Made by a program: the position numbers and the translations under genes. This document shows positions 42,001 through 53,800 of a DNA stretch of 64,000 nucleotides, piece after piece. The stretch covers positions 2,852,001 to 2,916,000 of the forward strand of contig OZ024741.1 in the NCBI GenBank assembly GCA_964016885.1, read 5' to 3'. The notes beneath the pieces are model-generated. The model worked only from the letters and a program-made list of their open reading frames with translations, was not told where the DNA came from and made no database searches. Each line of letters begins with the position of its first letter. Position 1 is the stretch's first letter. The DNA is from Eledone cirrhosa (lineage: Eukaryota).

Positions 42001-45000
42001 TGTCCATCTCTCCTCACAGTTTCTTCTCTGAAGACCTTCTGCTGTCCAGCTCTCCTCACAGTTTCTTCTCTGAAGACCTTCTACTGTCCAGTTCTCCTCA
42101 GAGTTTCTTCTCTGAACACCTTCTACTGACCAGCTCTCCTCACACTTTCTTCTCTGAAGACATTCTGTTGCCCACCTCTCCTCACAGTTTCTTCTCTGAA
42201 GACCTTCTACTGTCCAGCTCTCCTCACAGTTTCTTCTCTTAAGACCTTCTACTGTCCAGCTCTCCTCAACAATTTCTTCTCCGAAGATTTTCTACTGTCC
42301 AGCTTTCCTCACAGTTTCTTCTATGAAGACCTTCTGCTGACATCTCTCCTCACAGTTTCTGCTCTGAAGACCTTCTACTGTCCAGCTCTCCTCACAGTTT
42401 TTTCTCTGAAGAGCTTCTACTGTACAGATCTCCTCACAGTTTCTTCTCTGGAGACTTTCTACTCTCCAGCTGTCCTCATCATTTCTTCTCGGAAGACCTT
42501 CTACTGTCCAGTTGTCCTCACAGTTTCTTCTGTGAAGACCTTCTACTGTCCAGCTCTACACACAGTTTCTTCTCTGAAGACATTCTACTGTCCAGCTCTC
42601 CTGACAGTTTCTTCTCTGAAAACCTTCTACTGTCCAGCTCCTCTCACAGTTTCTTCTCTGAAGACCTACTGTCCAGCTCTCCTCACAGTTTCTTCTCTGA
42701 AGACCTTCTACTGTCCAGCTCTCCTCATCATTTCTTCTCTGCAGACCTTCTGCTGTCCAGCTCTCCTCACAGTTTCTACTCTGAAGACCTCCTGTTGTCC
42801 AGTTCTCCTCACAGTTTCTTCTCTGAAGACCTTCTACTGTCCACCTCTCCTCATCATTTCTTCTCTGCAGACCTTCTACTGTCCACCTCTCCTCACAGTT
42901 TCTTCTCTGTAGATTTTCTACTGTCCAGTTCTCCTCACAGATTCTTCTCTGAAGACATTCTACTGTCCAGCTCTCCTCACAGTTTCTTCTCTGAAGACCT
43001 TCTACTGTCCAGCTCTCCTCACAGTTTCTTCTCTGAAGACCTTCTACTGTCCAGCTCTCCTCATCATTTCTTCTCTGCAGACCTTCTGCTGTCCAGCTCT
43101 CCTCACAGTTTCTTCTCTGAAGAACTCCTGTTGTCCAGCTCTCCTCACAGTTTCTTCTCTGAAGACCTTCTACTGTCCACCTCTCCTCATCATTTCTTCT
43201 CTGCAGACCTTCTACTGTCCAGCTGTCCTCATCATTTCTTCTCTGAAGACCTTCTACTGTCCAGTTCTCCTCACAGTTCCTTCTCTGAAGACCTTCTACT
43301 GTCCAGCTCTCCACACAGTTTCTTCTCTGAAGACATTCTACTGTCCAGCTCTCCTCACAGTTTCTTCTCTGAAGACCTTCTACTGACCAGCTCTCCTCAC
43401 AGTTTCTTCTCTGAAGAACTTTTGCTGTCCAGCTCTCCTCACAGTTTCTTCTCTGAAGACGTTCTACTGTCTAGTTCTCCTCACACTTTCTTCTCTGAAG
43501 ACCTTCTACTGTCCATCTATCCCCACAGTTTCTTCTCTGAAGACCTACTGACCAGCTCTCCTCACAGTTTCTTTTCTGAAGGCCTTCTGCTGCCAAGCAC
43601 TCCTCACAGTTTCTTCTCTGAACACCTACTGTACAGCTCTCCTCACAGTTTCTTCTCTGAAGACCTTCTACTGTCCATCTCTCCTCACAGTTTCTGCTCT
43701 GAAGACCTTCTACTATCCAGCTCTCCTCACAGTTTCTTCTCTGAAGACCTTCTGCTGTGCAGGTCTCCTCACAGTTTCTTCTCTGAAGACCTTCTACTGA
43801 CCAGCTCTCCTCACACTTTCTTCTCTGAAGACATTCTGTTGCCTACCTCTCCTCACAGTTTCTTCTCTGAAGACCTTCTACTGTCCAGCTCTCCTCTCAG
43901 TTTCTTCTCTGAAGTCCTTCTACTGTCCAGCTCTCCTCACAATTTCTTCTCCGAAGATTTTCTACTGTCCAGCTTTCCTCACAGTTTCTTCTATGAAGAC
44001 CTTCTGCTGACATCTCTCCTCACAGTTTCTGCTCTGAAGACCTTCTACTGTCCAGCTCTCCTCACAGTTTCTTCTCTGAAGACCTACTGACCAGCTCTCC
44101 TCACAGTTTCTTTTCTGAAGGCCTTCTGCTGCCAAGCACTCCTCACAGTTTCTTCTCTGAACACCTACTGTACAGCTCTCCTCACAGTTTCTTCTCTGAA
44201 GACCTTCTACTGTCCATCTCTCCTCACAGTTTCTGCTCTGAAGACCTTCTACTATCCAGCTCTCCTCACAGTTTCTTCTCTGAAGACCTTCTGCTGTCCA
44301 GGTCTCCTCACAGTTTCTTCTCTGAAGACCTTCTACTAACCAGCTCTCCTCACACTTTCTTCTCTGAAGACATTCTGTTGCCTACCTCTCCTCACAGTTT
44401 CTTCTCTGAAGACCTTCTACTGTCCAGCTCTCCTAACAGTTTCTTCTCTGAAGACCTTCTACTGTCCAGCTCTCCTCACAATTTCTTCTCCGAAGATTTT
44501 CTACTGTCCAGCTTTCCTCACAGTTTCTTCAATGAAGACCTTCTGCTGACATCTCTCCTCACAGTTTCTGCTCTGAAGACCTTCTACTGTTCAGCTCTCC
44601 TCACAGTTTCTTCTCTGAAGAGCTTCTACTGTACAGATCTCCTCACAGTTTCTTCTCTGGAGACCTTCTACTCTCCAGCTGTCCTCATCGTTTCTTCTCG
44701 GAAGACCTTCTACTGTCCAGTTGTCCTCACAGTTTCTTCTCTGAAGACCTTCTACTGTCCAGCTCTAAACACAGTTTCTTCTCTGAAGACATTCTACTGT
44801 CCAGCTCTCCTGACAGTTTATTCTGTGAAAACCTTCTACTGTCCAGCTCCTCTCACAGTTTCTTCTCTGAAGACATTCTGCTGTCCAGCTCTCCTCACAG
44901 TTTCTTCTCTGAAGACCTTCTACGGTCCAGCTCTCCTCATCATTTCTTCTCTTCAGACCTTCTACTGTCCACCTCTCCTCACAGTTTCTTCTCTGAAGAC

Positions 45001-46104
45001 CTCCTGTTGTCCAGCTCTCCTCAGAGTTTCTTCTCTGAAGACCTTCTACTGTCCACCTCTCCTCATCATTTCTTCTCTGCAAACCTTCTACTGTCCAGCT
45101 CTCCTTGCAATTTCTTCTCTGTAGATTTTCTACTGTCCAACTCTCCTCACACTTTCTTCTATGAAGACCTTCTACTGTCCAGCTCTCCTCACAGGTTCTT
45201 CTCGGAAGAGCTTCTACTGTCCAGCTCTCCTCAGAGTTTCTTCTCTGAAGACCTTCTACTCTCCAGCTCTCCTCACAGTTTCTTCTCTGAAAACCTTCTA
45301 CTGTCCAGCTCTCCTCATCATTTCTTCTCTGCAGACCTTCTGCTGTCCAGCTCTCCTCACAGTTTCTTCTCTGTAGATTTTCTACTGTCCAGTTCTCCTC
45401 ACAGTTTCTTCTCTGAAGTCCTTCTAATGTCCATCTCTCCTCACAGTTTCTTCTCTGAAGACCTTCTGCTGTACAGCTCTCCTGACACTTTCTTCTCTGA
45501 AGATCTTCTACTGTACAGATCTCCTCACAGTTTCTTCTCTGAAGACCTTCTACTCTCCAGCTGTCCTCATCATTTCTTCTCTGAAAACCTCCTACTGTCC
45601 AGTTCTCCTCACAGTTTCTTCTCTGAAGACCTTCTACTGTCCATCTCTCCTCACAGTTTCTTCTCTGAAGACCTTCTGCTGACATCTCTCCTCACAGTTT
45701 CTGCTCTGAAGACCTTCCACTGTCCAACTCTCTTCACAATTTATTCTCTGAAGATCTTCTACTGTCCATCTCGCCTGGCAGTTTCTTCTCTGAAAACCTT
45801 CTACTGCCCAGCTCTCCTCACAGTTTCTTCTCTGAAGACGTTCTGTTGCCCATCTCTCCTCTCAGTTTCTTCTCTGAAGACCTTCTACTGTCCAGCTCTC
45901 CTCACAGTTTCTTCTCTGAAGACCTTCTGCTGACATCTCTCCTCACAGTTTCTTCACTGAAGACCTTCTACTGTCCAGCTCTTCTCACAGTTTCTTCTCT
46001 GAAGACCTTCTACTGTCCAGCTCTCCTCATCATTTCTTCTCTGCAGACCTTCTACTGTCCAGCTCTCCTCACAGTTTCTTCTCTGTAGATTTTCTACTGT
46101 CCAG
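27061..46104 (+). repeat. Near-identical tandem duplication, period 9456 bp (~225 monomers); copy 1 ~27061-36516, copy 2 ~36517-45972, homology continuing to ~46104
   Basis: All ORFs from 27255 to 36390 recur at exactly +9456 (27255/36711, 27563/37019, 30163/39619, 33339/42795, 35551/45007, 36390/45846) with the same lengths. Only a handful of substitutions were noticed. Confidence 0.97.
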
Positions 46105-48336
46105 ATCTCCTCACACTTTCTCCTCTGAAGACCTTCTACTGTCCAGCTCTCCTCACAGTTTCTTCTCTGAAGACCTTCTACTGTCCAGCTCTCCTCATCA
46201 TTTCTTCTCTGGAGACCTTCTACTGTCCAGCTCTCCTCACAGTTTCTTCTCTGTAGAATTTCTACTGTCCAGTTCTCCTCACACTTTCTCCTCTGAAGAC
46301 CTTCTACTGTCCAGCTCTCCTCACAGTTTCTTCTCTGAAGACCATCTACTGTCCAGCTCTCCTCACAATTTCTTCTTTGAAGATTTTCTACTGTCCAGCT
46401 CTCCTCACAGTTTCTGCTCTGAAGACCTTCTACTGTCCAACTCTCTTCACAGTTTATTCTCTGAAGATCTCCTACTGTCCATCTCGCCTGGCAGTTTCTT
46501 CTCTGGAGACCTTCTACTGTCCAGCTCTCCTCACAGTTTCTTCTCTGTAGAATTTCTACTGTCCAGTTCTCCTCACAATTTCTTCTCTGAAAACATTCTA
46601 CTGTCCAGCTATCCTCACAGTTTCTTCTCTGAAGTTCTACGACTGTCCATCTATCCTCACAGTTTCTTCACTGAAGACCTTCTGTTGTCCAGCTCTCCTC
46701 ACAGTTTCTTCTCTGAAGACCTTCTACTGTCCAGCTCTCCTCACAGTTTCTTCTCTGAAGACCTACTGACCGGCTCTCCTCACAGTTTCTGCTCTGAAGG
46801 CCTTCTGCTGCCCAGCACTCCTCACAGTTTCTTCTCTGAAGACCTTCTACTGTCCAGTTCTCCTCACAGTTTCTTCTCTGAAGACCTTCTACTGTCCATC
46901 TCTCCTCACAGTTTCTGCTCTGAAGACCTTCTGCTGTGCAGTCCTCCTCACGGTTTCTTCTCTGAAGACCTTCTACTGACCAGCTCTCCTCACAGTTTCT
47001 TCTCTGAAGACATTCTGTTGCCCACCTCTCCTCACAATTTCTTCTCTGAAGACCTTCTACTGTCCAGCTCTCCTCACAGTTTCTTCTCTGAAGACCTCCT
47101 GTTGTCCAGCTCTCCTCACAGTTTCTTCTCTGAAGAGCTTCTACTGTCCAGCTCTCCTCACAGTTTCTTCCCTGCAGACCTTCTGCTGTCCAGCTCTCCT
47201 CACCGTTTCTTCTCTGTAGATTTTCTACTGTCCAGTTCTCCTCACACTTTCTTTTCTGAAGACCTTCTACTGTCCAGCTCTCCTCACAGATTCTTCTCTG
47301 AAGAGCTTCTACTGTCCAGCTCTCCTCACAGTTTCATCTCTGAAGACCTTCTACTGTCCAGCTCTCCTCACAGTTTCTTCTCTGAAGACCTTCTACTGTC
47401 CAGTTCTCCTCACACTTTCTTCGCTGAAGACCTTCTACTGTCCAGCTCTCCTAACAGATTCTTCTCTGAAGAGCTTCTACTGTCCAGCTCTCCTCACAGT
47501 TTCTTCTCTGAAGCCCTTCTACTGTCCAGCTCTCCTAACAGTTTCTTCTCTGTAGATTTTCTACTGTCCAGTTCTCCTCACAGTTTCGTCTCTGAAGTCC
47601 TTCTACTGTCCATCTCTCCTCACAGTTTCTTCTCTGAAGACCTTCTACTCTCCAGCTGTCCTCATCATTTCTTCTCTGAAGACCTTCTACTGTCCAGTTG
47701 TCCTCACAGTTTCTTCTCTGAAGACCTTCTACTGTCCAGCTCTACACACAGTTTCTTCTCTGAAGACATTCTACTGTCCAGCTCTCCTCACAGTTTCTTC
47801 TCTGAAGACCTTCTACTGACCAGCTCTCCTCACAGTTTCTTCTCTGAAGACCTTCTACTGACCAGCTCTCCTCATCATTTCTTCTCTGGAGACCTTCTAC
47901 TGTCCAGCTCTCCTCACAGTTTCTTCTTTGTAGATTTTCTACTGTCCAGTTCTTCTGACACTTTCTTCTCTGAAGACCTTCTACTGTCGAGCTCTCCTCA
48001 CAGTTTCTTCTCTGAAGACCTTCTACTGTCCAGCTCTCCTCAAAATTTCTTCTTTGAAGATTTTCTACTGTCCAGCTCTCCTCACAGTTTCTGCTCTGAA
48101 GACCTTCTACTGCCCAGCTCTCCTCACAGTTTCTTCTCTGAAGACATTCTGTTGCCCACCTCTCCTCACAGTTTCTTCTCTGAAGACCTTCTACTGTCCA
48201 GCTCTCCTCACAATTTCTTCTTTGAAGATTTTCTACTGTCCATCTCTCCTCACAGTTTCTTCTCTGAAGAGCTTCTGCTGACATCTCTCCTCACAGTTTC
48301 TTCTCTGAAGACATTCTGTTGCCCACCTCTCCTCAC

Positions 48337-50880
48337 AGTTTCTTCTCTGAAGACCTTCTACTGTCCAGCTCTCCTCATCATTTCTTCTCTGCAGACCTTC
48401 TACTGTCCAGCTCTCCTCACAGTTTCTTCTCTGTAGATTTTCTACTGTCCAGTTCTCCTCACACTTTCTTCTCTGAAGACCTTCTACTGTCCAGCTCTCC
48501 TCACAATTTCTTCTTTGAATATTTTCTACTGTCCAGCTCTCCTCACAGTTTCTGCTCTGAAGACCTTCTACTGTCCAACTCTCTTCACAGTTTATTCTCT
48601 GAAGATCTCCTACTGTCCATCTCGCCTGGCAGTTTCTTCTCTGAAGACTTTCCACTGTCCAGCTCTTATGACAGTTTCTTCTCTGAAAACATTCTACTGT
48701 CCAGCTCGTCTCTCAGTTTCTTCTCTGAAGTTCTACGACTGTCCAGCTCTCCTCACAGTTTCTCCTCTGAAGACCTTCTACTGTCCACCTCTCCTCATCA
48801 TTTCTTCTCTGCAGACCTTCTACTGTCCAGCTCTCCTCATAGTTTCTTTTCTGTAGATTTTCTACTGTCCAGTTCTCACACTTTCTTTTCTGAAGACCTT
48901 CTACTGTCCAGCTCTCCTCACAGATTCTTCTCTGTAGAGCTTCTACTGTCCAGCTCTCCTCAGAGTTTCTTCTCTGAAGACCTTCTACTGTCCAGCTCTC
49001 CTCACAGTTTCTTCGCTGAAGACCTTCTACTGTCCAGCTCTCCTCACAGTTTCTTCTCTGAAGACCTACTGTGCAGCTCTCCTCACACTTTCTTCTCTGA
49101 AGACCTTCTACTGTCCAGCTCTACTCACAGTTTCTTCGCTGAAGACCTTCTTCTGTCCAGTTCCTCTCACAGTTTCTTCTCTGAAGACCTTCTACTGTCC
49201 AGCTCTCCTCACACTTTCTTCTCTGATACCTGCTGCTATCCAGCTCTCCTCACAGTTTCTTCTCTGAAGATCTTCTACTGTTCAACTCTCCTCACAGTTT
49301 CTACTGTGAAGACCATCTGCTGTCCAGCTCTCCTCACAGTTTCTTCATTGAAGACCTTCTGTTGTCCAGCTCTCCTCACAGTTTCTTCTCTGAAGATCTT
49401 CTACTGTCCAGCTCTCCTCACAATTTCTTCTCTGAAGACCTTCTGCTGTCCAGCTCTCATAACAGTTTCTTCTCTGAAGACCTTCTGTTGTCCAGCTCTC
49501 CTCAGAGTTTCTTCTCTGAAGACCTTCTACTGTCCAGCTCTCCTCAATGTTTCTTCTCTGAATACCTTCCACTGTCCAGCTCGTCTCTCAGTTTCTTCTC
49601 TGAAGACCTTCTGTTGTCCAGCTCTCCTCAGAGTTTCTTCTCTGAAGACCTTCTACTGTCCAGCTCTCCTCATCATTTCTTCTCTGCAGACCTTCTACTG
49701 TCCAGCTCTCCTCACAGTTTCTTCTCTGTAGATTTTCTACTGTCCAGTTCTCCTCACACTTTCTTCTCTGAAGACCTTCTACTGTCCAGCTCTCCTCACA
49801 ATTTCTTCTTTGAATATTTTCTACTGTCCAGCTCTCCTCACAGTTTCTGCTCTGAAGACCTTCTACTGTCCAACTCTCTTCACAGTTTATTCTCTGAAGA
49901 TCTCCTACTGTCCATCTCGCCTGGCAGTTTCTTCTCTGAAGACATTCCACTGTCCAGCTCTTATGACAGTTTCTTCTCTGAAAACATTCTACTGTCCAGC
50001 TCGTCTCTCAGTTTCTTCTCTGAAGTTCTACGACTGTCCAGCTCTCCTCACAGTTTCTCCTCTGAAGACCTTCTACTGTCCAGCTCTCCTCATAGTTTCT
50101 TTTCTGTAGATTTTCTACTGTCCAGTTCTCACACTTTCTTTTCTGAAGACCTTCTACTGTCCAGCTCTCCTCACAGATTCTTCTCTGTAGAGCTTCTACT
50201 GTCCAGCTCTCCTCAGAGTTTCTTCTCTGAAGACCTTCTACTGTCCAGCTCTCCTCACAGTTTCTTTCTGAAGACCTTCTACTGTCAAGTTCTCCTCACA
50301 CTTTCTTCGCTGAAGACCTTCTACTGTCCAGCTCTCCTCACAGTTTCTTCTCTGAAGACCTACTGTGCAGCTCTCCTCACACTTTCTTCTCTGAAGACCT
50401 TCTACTGTCCAGCTCTACTCACAGTTTCTTCGCTGAAGACCTTCTTCTGTCCAGTTCCTCTCACAGTTTCTTCTCTGAAGACCTTCTACTGTCCAGCTCT
50501 CCTCACACTTTCTTCTCTGATACCTGCTGCTATCCAGCTCTCCTCACAGTTTCTTCTCTGAAGATCTTCTACTGTTCAACTCTCCTCACAGTTTCTACTG
50601 TGAAGACCTTCTGCTGTCCAGCTCTCCTCACAGTTTCTTCTCTGAAGACCTTCTGTTGTCCAGCTCTCCTCACAGTTTCTTCTCTGAAGATCTTCTACTG
50701 TCCAGCTCTCCTCACAATTTCTTCTCTGAAGACCTTCTACTGTCCAGCTCTCCTCAATGTTTCTTCTCTGAATACCTTCCACTGTCCAGCTCGTCTCTCA
50801 GTTTCTTCTCTGAAGACCTTCTGTTGTCCAGCTCTCCTCAGAGTTTCTTCTCTGAAGACCTTCTACTGTCCAGCTCTCCT
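48337..50880 (+). repeat. Tandem duplication, period ~1295 bp (copy 1 ~48337-49631, copy 2 ~49632-50880) with monomer-scale indels
   Basis: ORF starts 48515/49810 are offset by 1295. Shared rare variants include GAATATTTT, GCTCGTCTCTCAG, the 3-bp-deleted CCAGTTCTCACAC, GATACCTGCTGCTATCC (49225/50519) and TGTTCAACTCTCC. Confidence 0.88.
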
Positions 50881-53800
50881 CACATTTTCTTCTCTGAAGA
50901 CATTCTGTTGCCCACCTCTCCTCACAGTTTCTTCTCTGAAGACCTTCTACTGTCCAGCTCTCTTCACAGTTTCTTTTCTGAAGACCTTCTGCTGCCCAGC
51001 ACTCCTCACAGTTTCTTCTCTGAACACCTACTACTGTCTAGCTCTCCGGACAGTTTCTTCTCTGAAGACCTTCTTCTGTCCAGCTCTCCTCACATTTTCT
51101 TCTCTGAAGACCTTCTACTGTCCAGCTCTCCTCACAGTTTCTTCTCTGAAGAGCTTCTACTGTCCAGCTCCTCTCACAGTTTTTTCTCTGAAGACTTTCT
51201 GCTGTCCAGCTCCCCTCACAGTTTATTCTCTGAAGATCTTCTACTGTCCAGCTCGCCTGGCAGTTTCTTCTCTGAAGAACTTCCACCGTGCAGCTCTCCT
51301 GACAGTTTCTTCTCTGAACACCTTCTACTGTCCAGCTCCTCTCCCAGTTTCTACTCTGAAGACCTTCTGTTGTCCAGCTCTCCTCACAGTTTCTTCTCTG
51401 AAGACCTTCTACTGTCCAGCTCTCTTCATAATTTCTTCTCTGAAGACCTTCTACTGTCCAGCTCTTCTCACATTTTCTTCTCTGAAGATTTTCTACTGTC
51501 CAGTTCTCCTCACACTTTCTTCTCTGAACACCTTCTACTGTCCAGCTCTCCTCAATGTTTCTTCTCTGAATACCTTCCACTGTCCAGCTCTCCTCAGAGA
51601 TTCTTCTCTGAAGTCCTTCTACAGTCCAGTTCCTCTCACAGTTTCTTCTCTGAAGACCTTCTACTGTCCAGCTCTCCTCACAGTTTCTTCTCTGAAGAGC
51701 TTCTACTGTCCAGCTCCTCTCACAGTTTTTTTCTCTGAAGACCTTCTGCTGTCCAGCTCCCCTCACAGTTTATTCTCTGAAGATCTTCTACTGTCCAGCT
51801 CGCCTGGTAGTTTCTTCTCTGAAGAACTTCCACTGTACAGCTCTCCTGACAGTTTCTTTTCTGAACACCTTCTACTGTCCAGCTCCTCTCTCAGTTTCTA
51901 CTCTGAAGACCTTCTGTTGTCCAGCTCTCCTCACAGTTTCTTCTCTGAAGACCTTCTACTGTCCAGCTCTCTTCAAACTTTCTTCTCTGAACACCTTCTA
52001 CTGTCCAGCTCTCCTCACAGATTCTTCTCTGAAGTCCTTCTACAGTCCAGTTCCTCTCACAGTTTCTTCTCTGAAGACCTTCTACTGTCCAGCTCTCCTC
52101 ACAGTTTCTTCTCTGATGACCATCTTGTTCTGCTCTCTTCACAGTTTCTTCGCTGAAGACCTTCTTCTGTCCAGTTCCTCTCACAGTTTCTTCTCTGAAG
52201 ACCTTCTACTGTCCAGCTCTCCTCACACTTTCTTCTCTGATACCTGCTGCTGTCCAGCTCTCCTCTCAGTTTCTTCTCTGAAGATCTTCTACTGTCCAAC
52301 TCTCCCCACAGTTTCTTCTGTGAAGACCTTCTACTGTCCAGCTCTCCTCACAATTTCTTCTCTGAAGACCTTCTGTTGTCCAGCTCTCCTCACAGTTTCT
52401 TCTCTGAAGACCTTCTGTTGTCCAGCTCTCCTCACAGTTTCTTCTCTGAAGACCTTCTACTGTCCAGCTCTCCTCACATTTTCTTCTCTGAAGACATTCT
52501 GTTGCCCACCTCTCCTCACAGTTTCTTCTCTGAAGACCTTCTACTGTCCAGCTCTCTTCACAGTTTCTTTTCTGAAGAACTTCTGCTGCCCAGCACTCCT
52601 CACAGTTTCTTCTCTGAACACCTACTGTCTAGCTCTCCGGACAGTTTCTCCTCTGAAGACCTTCTTCTGTCCAGCTCTCCTCACAGTTTCTTCTCTGAAG
52701 ACCTTCTACCGTCCAGCTCTCCTCACAGTTTCTTCTCTGAAGAGCTTCTACTGTCCAGCTCCTCTCAAAGTTATTTTCTCTGAAGACCTTCTGCTGTCCA
52801 GCTCCCCTCACAGTTTATTCTCTGAAGATCTTCTACTGTCCAGCTCGCCTGGCAGTTTCTTCTCTGAAGAACTTCCACTGTACAGCTCTCCTGACAGTTT
52901 CTTCACTGAACACCTTCTACTCTCCAGCTCCTCTCTCAGTTTCTACTCTGAAGACCTTCTGTTGTCCAGCTCTCCTCACAGTTACTTCTCTGAAGACCTT
53001 CTACTGTCCAGCTCTCTTCATAATTTCTTCTCTGAAGACCTTCTACTGTCCAGCTCTCTTCATCATTTCTTCTCTGAAGAGCTTCTACTGTCCAGCTCTT
53101 CTCAAATTTTCTTCTCTGAAGATTTTCTACTGTCCAGTTCTCCTCAAACTTTCTTCTCTGAACACCTTCTACTGTCCAGCTCTCCTCACAGTTTCTTCTC
53201 TGAAGATCTTCTTCTGTCCATCTCTCCTCAATGTTTCTTCTCTGAATACCTTCCACTGTCCAGTTCCTCTCACAGTTTCTTCTCTGAATACCTTCCACTG
53301 TCCAGTTCCTCTCACAGTTTCTTCTCTGAAGACCTTCTACTGTCCAGCTCTCCTCACAGTTTCTTCTCTGATGACCATCTTCTGTTCTGCTCTCTTCACA
53401 GTTTATTCTTTGAAGACCTTCTACTGTCCAGTTCCTCTCACTGTTTCTTCTCTGAAGACCTTCTGCTGTCCAGCTCTCCTCACACTTTCTTCTCTGAAGA
53501 CCTGCTGCTGTCCAGCTCTCCTCACAGTTTCTTCTCTGAAGATCTTCTACTGTCCAGCTCTCCTCACAGTTTCTTCTCTGATGACCATCTTCTGTTCTGC
53601 TCTCGTCAAAGTTTATTCTTTGAAGACCTTCTACTGTCCAGTTCCTCTCACAGTTTCTTCTCTGAAGACCTTCTTCTGTCCAGCTCTCCTCACACTTTCT
53701 TCTCTGAAGACCTGCTGCTGTCCAGCTCTCCTCACAGTTTCTTCTCTGAAGATCTTCTACTGTCCAGCTCTCCGGACAGTTTCTTCTCCGATGACCTTCT

